Source: Candidatus Lindowbacteria bacterium RIFCSPLOWO2_12_FULL_62_27 | GTDB taxonomy: Bacteria > Lindowbacteria > 2-12-FULL-62-27 | DNA length: 64,000 nt | Direction of reading: 5' to 3' | Assembly: GCA_001784175.1 (NCBI GenBank) | Contig: MFPR01000037.1 | Coordinates: 23,959 to 87,958, forward strand | Shown here: positions 27,298 to 37,450 of the stretch, piece by piece | How the letters are laid out: each line of letters starts with the position of its first letter | Numbering within the stretch: position 1 is the first letter of the stretch | Translations under genes and position numbers: made by a program | Notes under the pieces: generated by a model | What the model was told of the DNA's origin: nothing | Seen by the model: the letters and a program-made list of their open reading frames with translations, nothing else | The model's database searches: none

Positions 27298-28749
27298 TCA
27301 CGCTTGTCCAATTTTTTTGCGCAATTCCTGCGCCACGAGGCCCGGGTCGGCTTGGCCGCGCGTTTTTTTCATCACTTGGCCGACCAGAAAGCCGATGGCG
27401 GCCTGTTTGCCGGATTTGAAGTCCTCGATTGCTTTCGGGTTTTCCTTCAGCACCTCGGCGATCGGCGCTGCGAGGGAGGAGGCGTCGGAAATGAGCGACA
27501 GGCCGTGCTCCCGGATGACCTCCTTCGGCGGCTTGCCGGTTTGGAACATGATTGGGAAGACGTCCTTCGAGATTTTCCCGCTGATCTCGCCGCTCGCCAC
27601 GATCTGGAGCAGGTCCGCGAGGTGCTCGGGCCGGACGGGCGAGCGGTCGGCGGCGAGACCGGCGGATTTGAGGTCGCGCAGAAGCTCGGTCATGATGAAA
27701 TTCGAAGCCTTCTTGGCGTCGGCGCCGGTACGAACGACCGCTTCGAAATAATCGGCGGTGGCTGATTCAGCCGTGAGAACGGCCGCGTCGTAGGCCGGCA
27801 GGCCGTAGGACGCCTCGAACCGCGCGCGCCGCACGGCCGGCAGTTCCGGCAGCGCGGCCCGGGCGCGTTCGATGTCCTGCATCGAGACGGCGAATCCGGG
27901 CAGGTCGGGTTCGGGAAAATACCGGTAGTCGTGCGCCTCCTCCTTGCTGCGCTGCGAATACGTGATGTTTTTGGCGGCGTCATATCCGCGCGTCTCCTGG
28001 ACGACGCGCCCGCCGCTTTCGAGTACGCCGGCCTGCCGGTCGATTTCGACCTCGAGGGCTTTTTCGACGAACTTGAACGAATTGAGATTTTTCAGTTCCG
28101 CCTTCACGCCCAGCTTGCCGGACCCGGCGGGCCGGAGGGAGACATTGGCGTCGCAGCGGAGAGACCCTTTTTCCATGTCGCAATCCGATACGCCGATATA
28201 CCGCACGATCTGTTTCAACGCGTCGAGGTAGGCGTGCGCCTCCGCGGGCCCGGCGATTTCCGGCCGGCTGACGATCTCGATGAGCGGCGCGCCGACCCGG
28301 TTGTAGTCGACGAAACTCGTGCCGGGCGGCACGCCGTGCCCGGGCTCGGCGTGGACGAGTTTGCCGGCGTCCTCCTCCATGTGGACGCGCTCGATGCCGA
28401 TCCGGCGGGAATGGCCGTTGGTCTGGATTTCGAGAAACCCGTCGAGCGCGAGCGGCAGGTCGTACTGGGAAATCTGATAGGCCTTGGGAAGGTCCGGATA
28501 AAAATAATTTTTCCGGTCGAACTTGAAAAATTCCGAGATCCTGCAATTGAGCGCGAGCGCCGCCCGCATGGCCAGCTCGACCGCCCGGCCGTTCAGGACG
28601 GGCAGGACACCCGGCAGGCCGAGGCACACGGGACACGTGTTGAGGTTGGGCTCCTGGCCGAACTCGAGGGGGCAGGCGCAGAAGAGTTTCGACGCGGTCT
28701 TGAGCTGCACGTGGACTTCGAGTCCAACGACCGGCTCGTAGGCGCTCAT
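27298..28749 (-). CDS. gatB: Asp/Glu-tRNA amidotransferase subunit B
   Basis: 483 aa, MSAYEPVVGLEVHVQLKT..KLFC..., typical GatB. Confidence 0.95.
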   Translation of the reverse strand: MSAYEPVVGLEVHVQLKTASKLFCACPLEFGQEPNLNTCPVCLGLPGVLPVLNGRAVELAMRAALALNCRISEFFKFDRKNYFYPDLPKAYQISQYDLPLALDGFLEIQTNGHSRRIGIERVHMEEDAGKLVHAEPGHGVPPGTSFVDYNRVGAPLIEIVSRPEIAGPAEAHAYLDALKQIVRYIGVSDCDMEKGSLRCDANVSLRPAGSGKLGVKAELKNLNSFKFVEKALEVEIDRQAGVLESGGRVVQETRGYDAAKNITYSQRSKEEAHDYRYFPEPDLPGFAVSMQDIERARAALPELPAVRRARFEASYGLPAYDAAVLTAESATADYFEAVVRTGADAKKASNFIMTELLRDLKSAGLAADRSPVRPEHLADLLQIVASGEISGKISKDVFPIMFQTGKPPKEVIREHGLSLISDASSLAAPIAEVLKENPKAIEDFKSGKQAAIGFLVGQVMKKTRGQADPGLVAQELRKKIGQA

Positions 28750-30233
28750 GCGGCGGTTCCCACGCGGCTCGCATCGCGCCGGGCGAGCCGGGGACGGCGC
28801 AGGTGCCAGTCGGAATTTTTCTGGTACTCGTGGACGATCCGCAGCAGCCGGCCTTCGGAGAGCGCCGGGCCGATGAGCTGGGCGCCGATGGGCAGCGCTC
28901 CGTCGAATCCGCAGGGGAAGGAGATCGCCGGCAGGCCCGCGAGATTGGCCGAGATGGTGAAAATATCCGAGAGATACATCTGCAGCGGGTCCGCGACTTT
29001 TTCGCCGAACCGGAAGGCCGGCGTGGGCGTCGTGGGCGTGAGGAGGACGTCGACGTCCGCGAAGGCTTTCATGAAATCCTCGTAAATGAGCCGGCGGACC
29101 TTCAGGGCCTTGAGGTAGTACGCGTCATAGTAGCCGGACGAGAGGGCGAAGGTCCCGAGCATGATCCTGCGTTTGACTTCGCGGCCGAAGCCTTCGGACC
29201 GCGTCTTGAAATATTGCTGGATCAGGTCCTTGGTTTCGACGCGGAGGCCGTACTGCACGCCGTCATATCGCGCAAGGTTGGAGGACGCCTCGGCCGGCGC
29301 GATGAGATAGTACACGGGGATCGCGCAGGAGGTGTGGGGAAGCGATACGTCCTTGAGTTCGCATCCAAGGTCCTTCAGTTCCGATTTCAGCCGGTCGAGC
29401 GCGCTCGTCACCGGGCCGGTCAGGCCCTCTCCGAAATATTCTTTCGGCAGCCCCACACGTATTTTTTCGAACGGCCGGTCGAGCGCCTGCGCGAAGGCCG
29501 GCGGCGGATCGGGCAGGCACGTCGAATCGCGCGGGTCGGGCCCGGCGATGGCGTCGAGGAGGAGCGCCGCGTCGCGCGCGGTCCGGGCGAACGGCCCGAT
29601 CTGGTCGAGGGACGACGCGAAGGCGATGAGGCCGTAGCGGGACACGCGGCCGTACGTGGGTTTCAGTCCGACGACCCCGCAAAATGCGGCAGGCTGGCGG
29701 ATGGACCCGCCGGTGTCGGACCCGAGCGCGAGCGGCGCGAAATCCGCTGCGACGGCGCAGGCCGATCCGCCGGACGACCCGCCCGGCACGCGGTCAGGGT
29801 CGTGGGGGTTGCGGGTGAGGAAGAGCGCCGAGTTTTCGGTGGAGGATCCCATCGCGAACTCGTCAAGATTGGTTTTCCCCAAAAAAGGCGATCCGCCGGC
29901 CCGGAGCCGCTCGACGACGGCGGCGTCGTAGGGCGGGATGAAGCCTTTCAAGATTTTGGACGAGCATGTTGTTTCGACACCGCGCGTACACAGGTTGTCC
30001 TTGAGTGCAATGGGCACGCCCGCGAGCGGCGACAGCGCCACGCCCGATTTTCGGCGAAGGTCGACTTCCTCGGCCGCTTTCAACGCCTCCGGTTCCATCA
30101 CCGTCACGAACGCGCGGACCGCGGGATCGTGCTCGCGGATGTGCGCGAGGCGCGCTTCGCAAATCTCCGCCGCCCGCAGGTCTCCCGATCGCACGCGGTC
30201 GGCCATCTCGGCGGCCGTCAGGGTCGGGATCAT
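28746..30233 (-). CDS. gatA: Asp/Glu-tRNA amidotransferase subunit A
   Basis: Amidase signature GGSSGGSACAVAA. Start trimmed to ATG 30233, 2 nt after the gatC stop. Confidence 0.95.
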   Translation of the reverse strand: MIPTLTAAEMADRVRSGDLRAAEICEARLAHIREHDPAVRAFVTVMEPEALKAAEEVDLRRKSGVALSPLAGVPIALKDNLCTRGVETTCSSKILKGFIPPYDAAVVERLRAGGSPFLGKTNLDEFAMGSSTENSALFLTRNPHDPDRVPGGSSGGSACAVAADFAPLALGSDTGGSIRQPAAFCGVVGLKPTYGRVSRYGLIAFASSLDQIGPFARTARDAALLLDAIAGPDPRDSTCLPDPPPAFAQALDRPFEKIRVGLPKEYFGEGLTGPVTSALDRLKSELKDLGCELKDVSLPHTSCAIPVYYLIAPAEASSNLARYDGVQYGLRVETKDLIQQYFKTRSEGFGREVKRRIMLGTFALSSGYYDAYYLKALKVRRLIYEDFMKAFADVDVLLTPTTPTPAFRFGEKVADPLQMYLSDIFTISANLAGLPAISFPCGFDGALPIGAQLIGPALSEGRLLRIVHEYQKNSDWHLRRPRLARRDASRVGTAA

Positions 30234-30235
30234 GA

Positions 30236-30526
30236 CTACTCTTCCAGCACGTTCGGCACGGCGAAAAACGGCGGGCGGGACTTGGGCGCGTGCTGGAGGA
30301 CATCGTCCCGCACGCCGCTTCGGGCGGGCGCGTCGTCTCGCGTCACATTTTTGATCGGCAGGATGTGATAGAGCGGTTCGACCTGATCGGTGTTCCACCG
30401 GGAAAGGTCGGCCACGTGGTCGAGGATGCCGGAGAGTTCCCTGGCCAGCCGGTCCTTTTCCTCGTCCGACAGACCCAGCCTTGCGAGGGCGGCGACGTGC
30501 TCGACCGTCTTCCGGTCAATGGCCAT
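30236..30526 (-). CDS. gatC: Asp/Glu-tRNA amidotransferase subunit C
   Basis: 96 aa, ...VEHVAALARLGLSDEE..., positioned upstream of gatA and gatB. Confidence 0.9.
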   Translation of the reverse strand: MAIDRKTVEHVAALARLGLSDEEKDRLARELSGILDHVADLSRWNTDQVEPLYHILPIKNVTRDDAPARSGVRDDVLQHAPKSRPPFFAVPNVLEE

Positions 30527-31481
30527 CTGGGCAGTTGACCTTGTCCGCGATGAAGTAAACGGGCTTGCCGCTCGACTCGTGATAGGTGCGCGTCAGGACT
30601 TCGGCGAGCAGCCCCACGAGGATGAAGAGGATGCCGAGCTGGAACAAAAAGATGGCGAGCAGGATGAACGGATTGGAGTGGACGTAGGCGCCGGTCAGGT
30701 ATTTGACGATGAGGGTCTCGATCCCGCACAGAATGCCGAGTCCGCAGAGGATAAAGCCGAGCCCGCCGAAGAAATGGATGGGCCTTGTCAGGTAGCTCGT
30801 CAGAAGCTTCACGGTGAAGAGATCGAGAAGCACCTTGTAGGTCCGGCCGAGTCCGTACTTGGCGACGCCGGCGATGCGCGGCCGATGGTTGACTTTGAGT
30901 TCGGCGATGCGCGCGCCGTAGAGCCGGGCGTAGACGGGGATGAACCGGTGCATCTCGCCGTAGAGCCGCACGTTTTTCAGGACATCCCGGCGATAGGCCT
31001 TGAGCGTGCACCCGTAATCGTGGAGGTGGACGCCGGTCACGCGGGAGATGAGGCGGTTGGCGACGATTGATGGGATCAGGCGCGTGATCGTCGCGTCCTG
31101 CCGGTTGTGCCGCCATCCGGAGACGACGTCGAAGCCCTCGTTCATCTTGTCGAGGAGTTTGGGAATGTCGGCCGGATCGTTCTGGCGGTCGGCGTCGAGG
31201 AAGATGACGACGTCGCCGGCGGCGTTCTCGGCGCCGCAGGCGAGCGCGGCCGTCTGGCCGAAATTCCGGCGGAACCGGATGATCCGCGCGTGCGGATCGG
31301 CGGCGGCGATTTGTTTCAGGATTTCGAAACTCTTGTCGGCCGAGCCGTCGTCGACGTAAAAAACCTCGTAGGATTTGCCGAGCGGCCGGACCGCCGCCGT
31401 GATCTCGTCGTGGAGTGGCTGGAGGTTTTCCTGCTCGTTGTAAACAGGGACGACGATCGAGAGGTCCAGGGGCGCGCTCAA
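30516..31481 (-). CDS. GT2 polyprenyl-phosphate glycosyltransferase (DPM1/ArnC/GtrB-like)
   Basis: LSIVVPVYNEQENL, FYVDDGSAD and FLDADRQNDP motifs plus C-terminal TM helices. Confidence 0.85.
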   Translation of the reverse strand: MSAPLDLSIVVPVYNEQENLQPLHDEITAAVRPLGKSYEVFYVDDGSADKSFEILKQIAAADPHARIIRFRRNFGQTAALACGAENAAGDVVIFLDADRQNDPADIPKLLDKMNEGFDVVSGWRHNRQDATITRLIPSIVANRLISRVTGVHLHDYGCTLKAYRRDVLKNVRLYGEMHRFIPVYARLYGARIAELKVNHRPRIAGVAKYGLGRTYKVLLDLFTVKLLTSYLTRPIHFFGGLGFILCGLGILCGIETLIVKYLTGAYVHSNPFILLAIFLFQLGILFILVGLLAEVLTRTYHESSGKPVYFIADKVNCPDGH

Positions 31482-32644
31482 TTCAGCGCCTCGACCCAGG
31501 TCCAGAATTCCGCCGCCAGGCGCTCCTTGGGCATCTGCTTGAAGACGCGCCGCCGGCCGCCGGCGCTGAGGCCGATGCCGGCGTTCAGGTCGGCGCCCAT
31601 GGCGGAGGCGCGGTTGAGGAAGACGGCGTCGAGATGTTTTTCCTGCAATTTTCGCCGGGCCGCTTTTTCGTCGAGCGAGGATTCGAGGGCGAACCCGAGA
31701 ATTTTTTGTCCCTGCTTTTTCGCGCGCGAAATTTCCGCGAGCAGGTCGGGCGAGGATTTGAATTCGAGCGTCAGGCGGCCGTTCGTACGCTTGATCTTGC
31801 CTCGGACGGACTTCGCCGGAATGAAATCACCGACGGCGGCCGCCGCCACGAAGTAATCGGACTTCGGCGCCAAGCGCGCGTAGGCCCGGCGGAAGGAATC
31901 GATCGAATCGGCGTGGACGATGTCCACCGGCGGCAGCGGGCACACCGAGGACCGGCCCAGAATGAGCGACACGTCCGCGCCCCGCCGGTAGGCCGCGCGC
32001 GCGATCGCCACGCCCATCTTGCCGCTCGACCGGTTCGTCAGCACGCGCACGTCGTCCAGAGGCTCGACGGTCGCGCCGGCCGACACGACCACCCGCTTGC
32101 CTTCGAGCGGGCGCGGCCCGGCGGCCCGGAAGATCGCCTCGAGGAGGACGGCCGGGTCGGGCATCCGGCCGGCGCCGTAAGTCTTGCAGGCGAGGTCCCC
32201 GACGTCGGGCGGGAGGACAGCGGCGCCGCGGGCGCGGAGGTCATTGAGATTTTTTTGCAGCGCCTCCGCGTCGTACATCTGCGTGTTCATGGAGGGCACG
32301 ATGAGTTTGGGCACGCCGGACGCGAGGAAGGTGGTGGTGAGAATATTATCGGCCACGCCGAGCGCGAGTTTCGCGATCGTGTTGGCGGTCGCGGGGGCGA
32401 TGACGAAGATGTCGGGCCACCGCGCCAGTTCGGTGTGGCCTTCCTCGAGAAACAGCGGCTCGAAAATTCCGGTGTAGACCGAGTCGCCCGAAAGCGCCGC
32501 GATCGCGTCCCGCGTGCAGAAGCGGGTGGACGTTTCGGTCATCAGGGTCTTGACGGCGGCGCGTTCCTTGACGAGGAGCCGGACGAGTTCGGGGATCTTG
32601 TACGCCGCAATGCCGCCGCTGACCCCCATGAGAACCTTTTTCAT
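31478..32644 (-). CDS. coaBC: Bifunctional phosphopantothenoylcysteine decarboxylase/synthetase
   Basis: MKKVLMGVSGGIAAYK...PATANTIAK... and a C-terminal CoaB domain (VEPLDDVRVLTNRSSGKMG). Confidence 0.9.
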   Translation of the reverse strand: MKKVLMGVSGGIAAYKIPELVRLLVKERAAVKTLMTETSTRFCTRDAIAALSGDSVYTGIFEPLFLEEGHTELARWPDIFVIAPATANTIAKLALGVADNILTTTFLASGVPKLIVPSMNTQMYDAEALQKNLNDLRARGAAVLPPDVGDLACKTYGAGRMPDPAVLLEAIFRAAGPRPLEGKRVVVSAGATVEPLDDVRVLTNRSSGKMGVAIARAAYRRGADVSLILGRSSVCPLPPVDIVHADSIDSFRRAYARLAPKSDYFVAAAAVGDFIPAKSVRGKIKRTNGRLTLEFKSSPDLLAEISRAKKQGQKILGFALESSLDEKAARRKLQEKHLDAVFLNRASAMGADLNAGIGLSAGGRRRVFKQMPKERLAAEFWTWVEALN

Positions 32645-32651
32645 GGGCCGG

Positions 32652-34226
32652 TCAGCGGGCGCGCGTGGGCGGCGCCCCGAGGACCTGAATGCGTCCTTCG
32701 AGGCGGCCTTGATAGACGCCCTGCGGGCTGCCGGTGAGATGCCGCAGGTAGTCGCGGATGGCGTCTCTCATGTTTCGCCCGCTGTCCTTGCGGTCCGTTC
32801 CATTGGGAAAAACGTCAAAGTGATCGCCGCCTTCGGCCAGAAAGGAATTCGTGGCGATGCGGTACGAGCGGTTCGACTGGAGGTCGGCGCCGCCGACCTG
32901 CGCAAAGACCACGCGCTCGCCGGCCGGCCGCGACACATCGGCGATCATCCGGACGCCGGACATCTGGAGAAACCCGCGTTCGAGGCTCGCGCTTTGTTCG
33001 AGGAGATCGAGAATCTGTTCGCCTGTCAACGTCATGGAAACGATTGTATTATCAAAGGGCATCATCGTAAAGAGCGTCCGGAGCGTGATCGGGCCTTTGG
33101 CGAGGTCGGCGCGGATGCCGTAACTGTTTTGAAAGGCCGCGTCGGCGCCCGTGGCCCAGCGCATGGCGTCGGTCATGAGATTTCCGGGCACGCATTCGGT
33201 GTCGGACTCCTTCAGATAATCCTCCGCGGACACGGCCACCTGCTCGTCCAGAAGTTTCCCGACTTTTTGCGCGACCCCCTGCGCCCAGCGCCGGACGGCG
33301 GGGTCGGGGGGAAATTCGGACTCGTAGAGCGGGATGAGCCGGGAATTGGCGCGGACGATCTTGTGGGTTTTCGTGTTGTACAAGAGGTCGAGCACGCCGA
33401 GGTCCCGAAGGTGGCTGCCGGCCTGGACCACGATGGCGCCTGTGGAGTCGCTCTTATAATATGGAGAGAGGGCCGTATGGCTGTGCCCGCCGACGATCAC
33501 GTGGATGCGGGTATCGGCGTTGGCGATCACCGTGTCCTCGTGGAGCCCGGCGTGGCTGACAGCGATGATGAGGGCGGTGGTGTCGCGGACGGCGTTGGCG
33601 GCGCGGTGGGCGGTTTCGAGTGCGCTGTGGAATGTGAGCCCGCGGCGGCCTTCGGCGGTCGTGAGGCTGGCCATCTCGTCGGTGATCCAACCGATGACGG
33701 CGATGCGGAGGTCGAGTTTTTTGAAGTCCATGAGGATGGTTTTCGACAGGCCGAGCGCGCCGGCGCCAGTCTCCTCCTCGATGTTGAGCGCGATCATCGG
33801 CCAGGCTGCTGCGTCCGCGAGGCGCTTGAAGGTGTCGACGCCGAAATCAAATTCGTGATTGCCCACCGCCTGGAAATCCAGGCCCAGTTGGTCGAACAGC
33901 TCGATCATCGCCGTTCCGCGCGTGAGGGTTCCTTCCGGCGCGCCCTGGAAAAAATCGCCGGCGTCGAAATAGAACAGCACGTCCGCCGGGCGGCCGAACA
34001 CGGCCTCGCGCCGGTATCGCTTCATCGCCGTCGCCAGGCTGGCCGCGCCGCCAAAAAGCGCCGGGGGCGTCACGCCCGATTTGAGGTCCGGTTCCGGCAG
34101 GATGTGTCCGTGAATGTCGTTGGTATGAAGGATGCGGATGGCCACGAACGGCGAAACGGTTCGGCCTTCCGCCAGAACAGGCAGAGAAAGAAAAGCGATC
34201 GCGAGGGAGAGCCGCCGTCCGATCAT
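32652..34226 (-). CDS. Secreted bifunctional metallophosphatase/5'-nucleotidase
   Basis: ILHTNDIHGH, GNHEFD and a C-terminal 5'-nucleotidase domain. Start trimmed to ATG 34226 (signal-like MIGRRLSLAIAFLSLPVLAEG), which makes an ATGA overlap with the upstream small gene. Confidence 0.85.
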   Translation of the reverse strand: MIGRRLSLAIAFLSLPVLAEGRTVSPFVAIRILHTNDIHGHILPEPDLKSGVTPPALFGGAASLATAMKRYRREAVFGRPADVLFYFDAGDFFQGAPEGTLTRGTAMIELFDQLGLDFQAVGNHEFDFGVDTFKRLADAAAWPMIALNIEEETGAGALGLSKTILMDFKKLDLRIAVIGWITDEMASLTTAEGRRGLTFHSALETAHRAANAVRDTTALIIAVSHAGLHEDTVIANADTRIHVIVGGHSHTALSPYYKSDSTGAIVVQAGSHLRDLGVLDLLYNTKTHKIVRANSRLIPLYESEFPPDPAVRRWAQGVAQKVGKLLDEQVAVSAEDYLKESDTECVPGNLMTDAMRWATGADAAFQNSYGIRADLAKGPITLRTLFTMMPFDNTIVSMTLTGEQILDLLEQSASLERGFLQMSGVRMIADVSRPAGERVVFAQVGGADLQSNRSYRIATNSFLAEGGDHFDVFPNGTDRKDSGRNMRDAIRDYLRHLTGSPQGVYQGRLEGRIQVLGAPPTRAR

Positions 34227-34477
34227 GTAGGGGGATGCTCCTTTGCCGCCGCCCCCTCTTTCCTGCGTCTCACCTTGTCCAGGATGCGGTGGTACAGGTC
34301 GAGCGCGATTTTGTACAATTTCCGCGCCCATTCGTATTCCGGCGCAAGAATCGCCAGGCCCGCGATGATCACCGGCAGGCCCCAGCCCGGCACGAGAACC
34401 GGCACGCTCATCACAATGCCGCCAATCAGCAACGCAAACCCCGACACCTTGCGGAACCACCTGCTCACCGCGCCCAT
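34223..34477 (-). CDS. Small membrane protein, PGPGW-type
   Basis: 84 aa with two hydrophobic helices and the motif VPGWGLPVIIAGLAIL. Confidence 0.55.
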   Translation of the reverse strand: MGAVSRWFRKVSGFALLIGGIVMSVPVLVPGWGLPVIIAGLAILAPEYEWARKLYKIALDLYHRILDKVRRRKEGAAAKEHPPT

Positions 34478-34536
34478 GCGGAGGGGACTGTATCAAGTCT
34501 CTTGACGAATCGCCACCTGCAAGGTGATTTGAAGGG

Positions 34537-35442
34537 ATGGAGAAGCTCTTCAAGGACGAGCCGGTGGTGTTGGTGGACGCCTACGCCCTGATTTTCCGCG
34601 CGTTCTACGCGCTGCCTGATTTTCGGAACCGGGACGGCCAGCCGACGGCGGCGGTCCACGGATTTTTGTCCGGCCTGCCGAAACTGGCGGCCTGCGCGGA
34701 GGATCTGGCGGGGGCGCCGCCGGAATTCGTCATTTTTTTCGACCGCGGCGGTCCCCAGGAGCGGCTGGCGGCCTATGCGGACTACAAGGCGAACCGTCCG
34801 GAGACGCCGGAGGATTTGAAATCGCAGGTGCCGCTCATCGAGGAGGCGCTGGCGGCGATGGGCCTGCCGCAGGTCGCGATCCACGGGGTGGAGGCGGACG
34901 ACTCGATCGCGTCGGTCGCGCGGGCCCTCGAATCGGCCGGCCGGCGGGTGCTGATCGCGTCGAACGACAAGGATTTTTTCCAGATCCTGTCGGACCGGAT
35001 CGGCCTTCTGCGCGCGACGAGCAGGAGCGACGAGATGGATTATTACGATGTCGGCGCGCTGAAACGTAAGTTCGGCCTTGCGCCGGAGGCGATGGTCGAT
35101 TTCTACGCGCTGGTGGGCGACAAGGTCGACAACGTTCCCGGCGTGAAGGGCATCGGGGAGAAGACGGCGGAGAAACTTCTGAAAAAATACGGAACGCTGG
35201 ACGCCGTCTACGCGAATCTGGAGCGCATGCCCAAGGCCACGGCGCGGTGCCTGTCGGCCAACCGGGACAACGCCTATCTGAGCCGTGACCTCGTGCGCCT
35301 CCGGACGGACCTCGAGGTCGACGTGACGCCGTCGGCGCTGGACCCGGCGCGGTTCGACCGCGCGCGCCTGTCGGCCCTGCTGGAGCGCCTGGAGCTGCGG
35401 CGCCTGGCGGAGAGACTGCTGGGGTTGGCTGTCGAAAGATGA
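34537..35442 (+). CDS. Stand-alone 5'-3' exonuclease (Pol I N-terminal / FEN-like)
   Basis: VVLVDAYALIFRAFYAL, IASNDKDFFQIL and ALVGDKVDNVPGVKGIGEKTA (H3TH). Confidence 0.85.
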   Translation: MEKLFKDEPVVLVDAYALIFRAFYALPDFRNRDGQPTAAVHGFLSGLPKLAACAEDLAGAPPEFVIFFDRGGPQERLAAYADYKANRPETPEDLKSQVPLIEEALAAMGLPQVAIHGVEADDSIASVARALESAGRRVLIASNDKDFFQILSDRIGLLRATSRSDEMDYYDVGALKRKFGLAPEAMVDFYALVGDKVDNVPGVKGIGEKTAEKLLKKYGTLDAVYANLERMPKATARCLSANRDNAYLSRDLVRLRTDLEVDVTPSALDPARFDRARLSALLERLELRRLAERLLGLAVER

Positions 35443-35497
35443 AGATTGAAAAACCGGGCTCATTTGCTACGATCAATATTTTCCGGGGCGTCCGGCC

Positions 35498-36088
35498 GTG
35501 ATCCGCGTGATCGGCGTGACGGGCGGGATTGCGTCGGGCAAGAGTACGCTCCTGGGTCTGCTCCGGCGCGAGGGCGTGCCTGGGATTGACAGCGACCGGA
35601 TCGTGCACCGGCTCTTGCGGCGCGGAACGGCCGTCTATTCCGACGTGGCGGCGGCGTTCGGCGAGGCGTATCTGGGCGCGCGGGGCGAGATCGACCGCCG
35701 CAAGCTTGGCCGGACGGTGTTTGCGAGCCGGGCGGCGCGGCGGAAGCTGGAGCGGATTGTGCATCCGGCGGTTTTCGCGCAGATTGCGGAAGAGGCCGGG
35801 CGGTTGCGCCGGCGCGGGCACCGGCGGATGGCGGTGGATGTGCCGCTCCTGTTCGAAACGCGCGCGGACGAAGGCGTCGATGTGGTCGCGGTTGCCCATG
35901 TGCCCCGCGCCGTACAGGTGCGGCGGCTCCTGGCCCGCGGACACACGCGCGCCGAGGCCACCGCGCGGATCGGGTCGCAGCTCAGTTTGGATTGGAAGCG
36001 CCGCAGGGCGGACAAGGTGTTCGACATGACGAAACCCATCAATCAGGTGAGACAGGAGGTCAGGGCATGGCTGAAGCAGTTGAGTTAA
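35498..36088 (+). CDS. coaE: Dephospho-CoA kinase
   Basis: GTG start; IRVIGVTGGIASGKST P-loop and typical CoaE length. Confidence 0.85.
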   Translation: MIRVIGVTGGIASGKSTLLGLLRREGVPGIDSDRIVHRLLRRGTAVYSDVAAAFGEAYLGARGEIDRRKLGRTVFASRAARRKLERIVHPAVFAQIAEEAGRLRRRGHRRMAVDVPLLFETRADEGVDVVAVAHVPRAVQVRRLLARGHTRAEATARIGSQLSLDWKRRRADKVFDMTKPINQVRQEVRAWLKQLS

Positions 36089-36954
36089 AGGGAGACAACA
36101 TCAACGAGGCATTCAAGAGAATTCTGGACGGCATCGAAAAGGTGCCGACCCTGCCGGTTGTGGTGAACAGCATTCTGGAACTCATGGAAAATCCCAAGAC
36201 CAGCGCCGAGGACGTCAACCGGATCATCCGGATGGACCAGTCGCTGGCGTCGCGGATCCTGAAGATCGTCAATTCGGCCTTCTACGGATTTCCCCGGCAG
36301 ATTTCCACCGTCACGCAGGCCGTGGTGATTTTGGGATTCAACGCGGTCAAGAGTCTGGCGCTGTCGGCGTCGGTCATCCAGATTTTCGGCACGAAAAGCC
36401 AGGAGGGGTTTGACATCCACGCCTTCTGGGAGCATTCGATCTCGACCGGCGTCATGGCGAACATGACGGCGCGGCGGATCAACTATCCGCTGCCGGAGGA
36501 ATGCCTGATCGCGGGGATCCTGCACGGGATCGGCAAGCTGATTTTCGACCAGTACCTCCATACGCTTTTCGTTCAGGCGGTGAAGCGGGCCAAGAAGGAC
36601 AAGAAGCTCCTGCATCACGCCGAACGCGAAATTTTCGGCACCGATCATTGCCGGGTCGGCGCGATGCTGGCCGAGCGCTGGCGCCTGCCGCTGCAGCTGG
36701 TGGAGGCGATCAATTATTATCCGAACCCCGGCTTGGCGAATTTCAACCCGACGCTGGCGTCGATGGTGCACGTGGGCAACTACATCGCGCGAAAGCGCCG
36801 GTGCGGCGATCCCGGGGACCTGGTGGTGCCGCGGCTGAGCGACGACGCGAAGCGAATCCTGAAAATCACCCAGAACGACATCGACCAGCTCATGCGCGAC
36901 TCGCAGGGCGAACTGGCCAAGGTGGATGATCTCCTCGACAAGCTCCAGGAATAG
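36067..36954 (+). CDS. HDOD domain protein
   Basis: LPTLPVVVNSILELMENP...SLASRILKIVNSAFYGFPRQISTVTQAVVILG, and later GILHGIGKL. ATG 36067 is preceded by AGGAGG. Confidence 0.8.
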   Translation: MAEAVELKGDNINEAFKRILDGIEKVPTLPVVVNSILELMENPKTSAEDVNRIIRMDQSLASRILKIVNSAFYGFPRQISTVTQAVVILGFNAVKSLALSASVIQIFGTKSQEGFDIHAFWEHSISTGVMANMTARRINYPLPEECLIAGILHGIGKLIFDQYLHTLFVQAVKRAKKDKKLLHHAEREIFGTDHCRVGAMLAERWRLPLQLVEAINYYPNPGLANFNPTLASMVHVGNYIARKRRCGDPGDLVVPRLSDDAKRILKITQNDIDQLMRDSQGELAKVDDLLDKLQE

Positions 36955-37450
36955 GGCGTCGAGCGCCGGATTCGGTCCGGGCCTGGCGATCCTGCTGTTT
37001 GCGCTCTCCCTGTCGTTTGCGTTCGGCATCGGATACCGGGTCGGCCGATATTCGCCGCCCGACGCCGCGCCCTCGCCGGTCCTGTCCAGGGCCTCCGCCG
37101 CGCCGACCACCCGTTCGCACGCCGCCCCATCCGCCGCGGCGCCCTATCGAACGGTTCAGGGCGCCGGCCAGGGCGGTCTGATCTGGTCGTCGCTTCAAAA
37201 ACACAAATACACGCTCTACATCGCGTCCTTCCAGAATTTGCCGGAAGCCGAAAAGGAAAAATCGCGGCTGGAGAGCCGCGGCCTCAAGGGCATCGAGATT
37301 GTGGAGCGCCGCGTACCGTCGGCCGGCGGGCCGGTATGGTACCGGCTGAGTTACGGCCGATTCGACAGTCCCGAATCCGCCGCCGACCACGGCCGGCAGT
37401 TGACCGAACGCGGATTGATCCGGGATTTCTGGCCGAAGGAGATTTTATGA
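36926..37450 (+). CDS. SPOR-domain membrane protein
   Basis: TM segment GLAILLFALSLSFAFGIGY and a C-terminal SPOR-like repeat (YTLYIASFQNLPEAEKEKSRLE...WYRLSYGRFDSPESA). The start is uncertain. Confidence 0.6.
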   Translation: MISSTSSRNRASSAGFGPGLAILLFALSLSFAFGIGYRVGRYSPPDAAPSPVLSRASAAPTTRSHAAPSAAAPYRTVQGAGQGGLIWSSLQKHKYTLYIASFQNLPEAEKEKSRLESRGLKGIEIVERRVPSAGGPVWYRLSYGRFDSPESAADHGRQLTERGLIRDFWPKEIL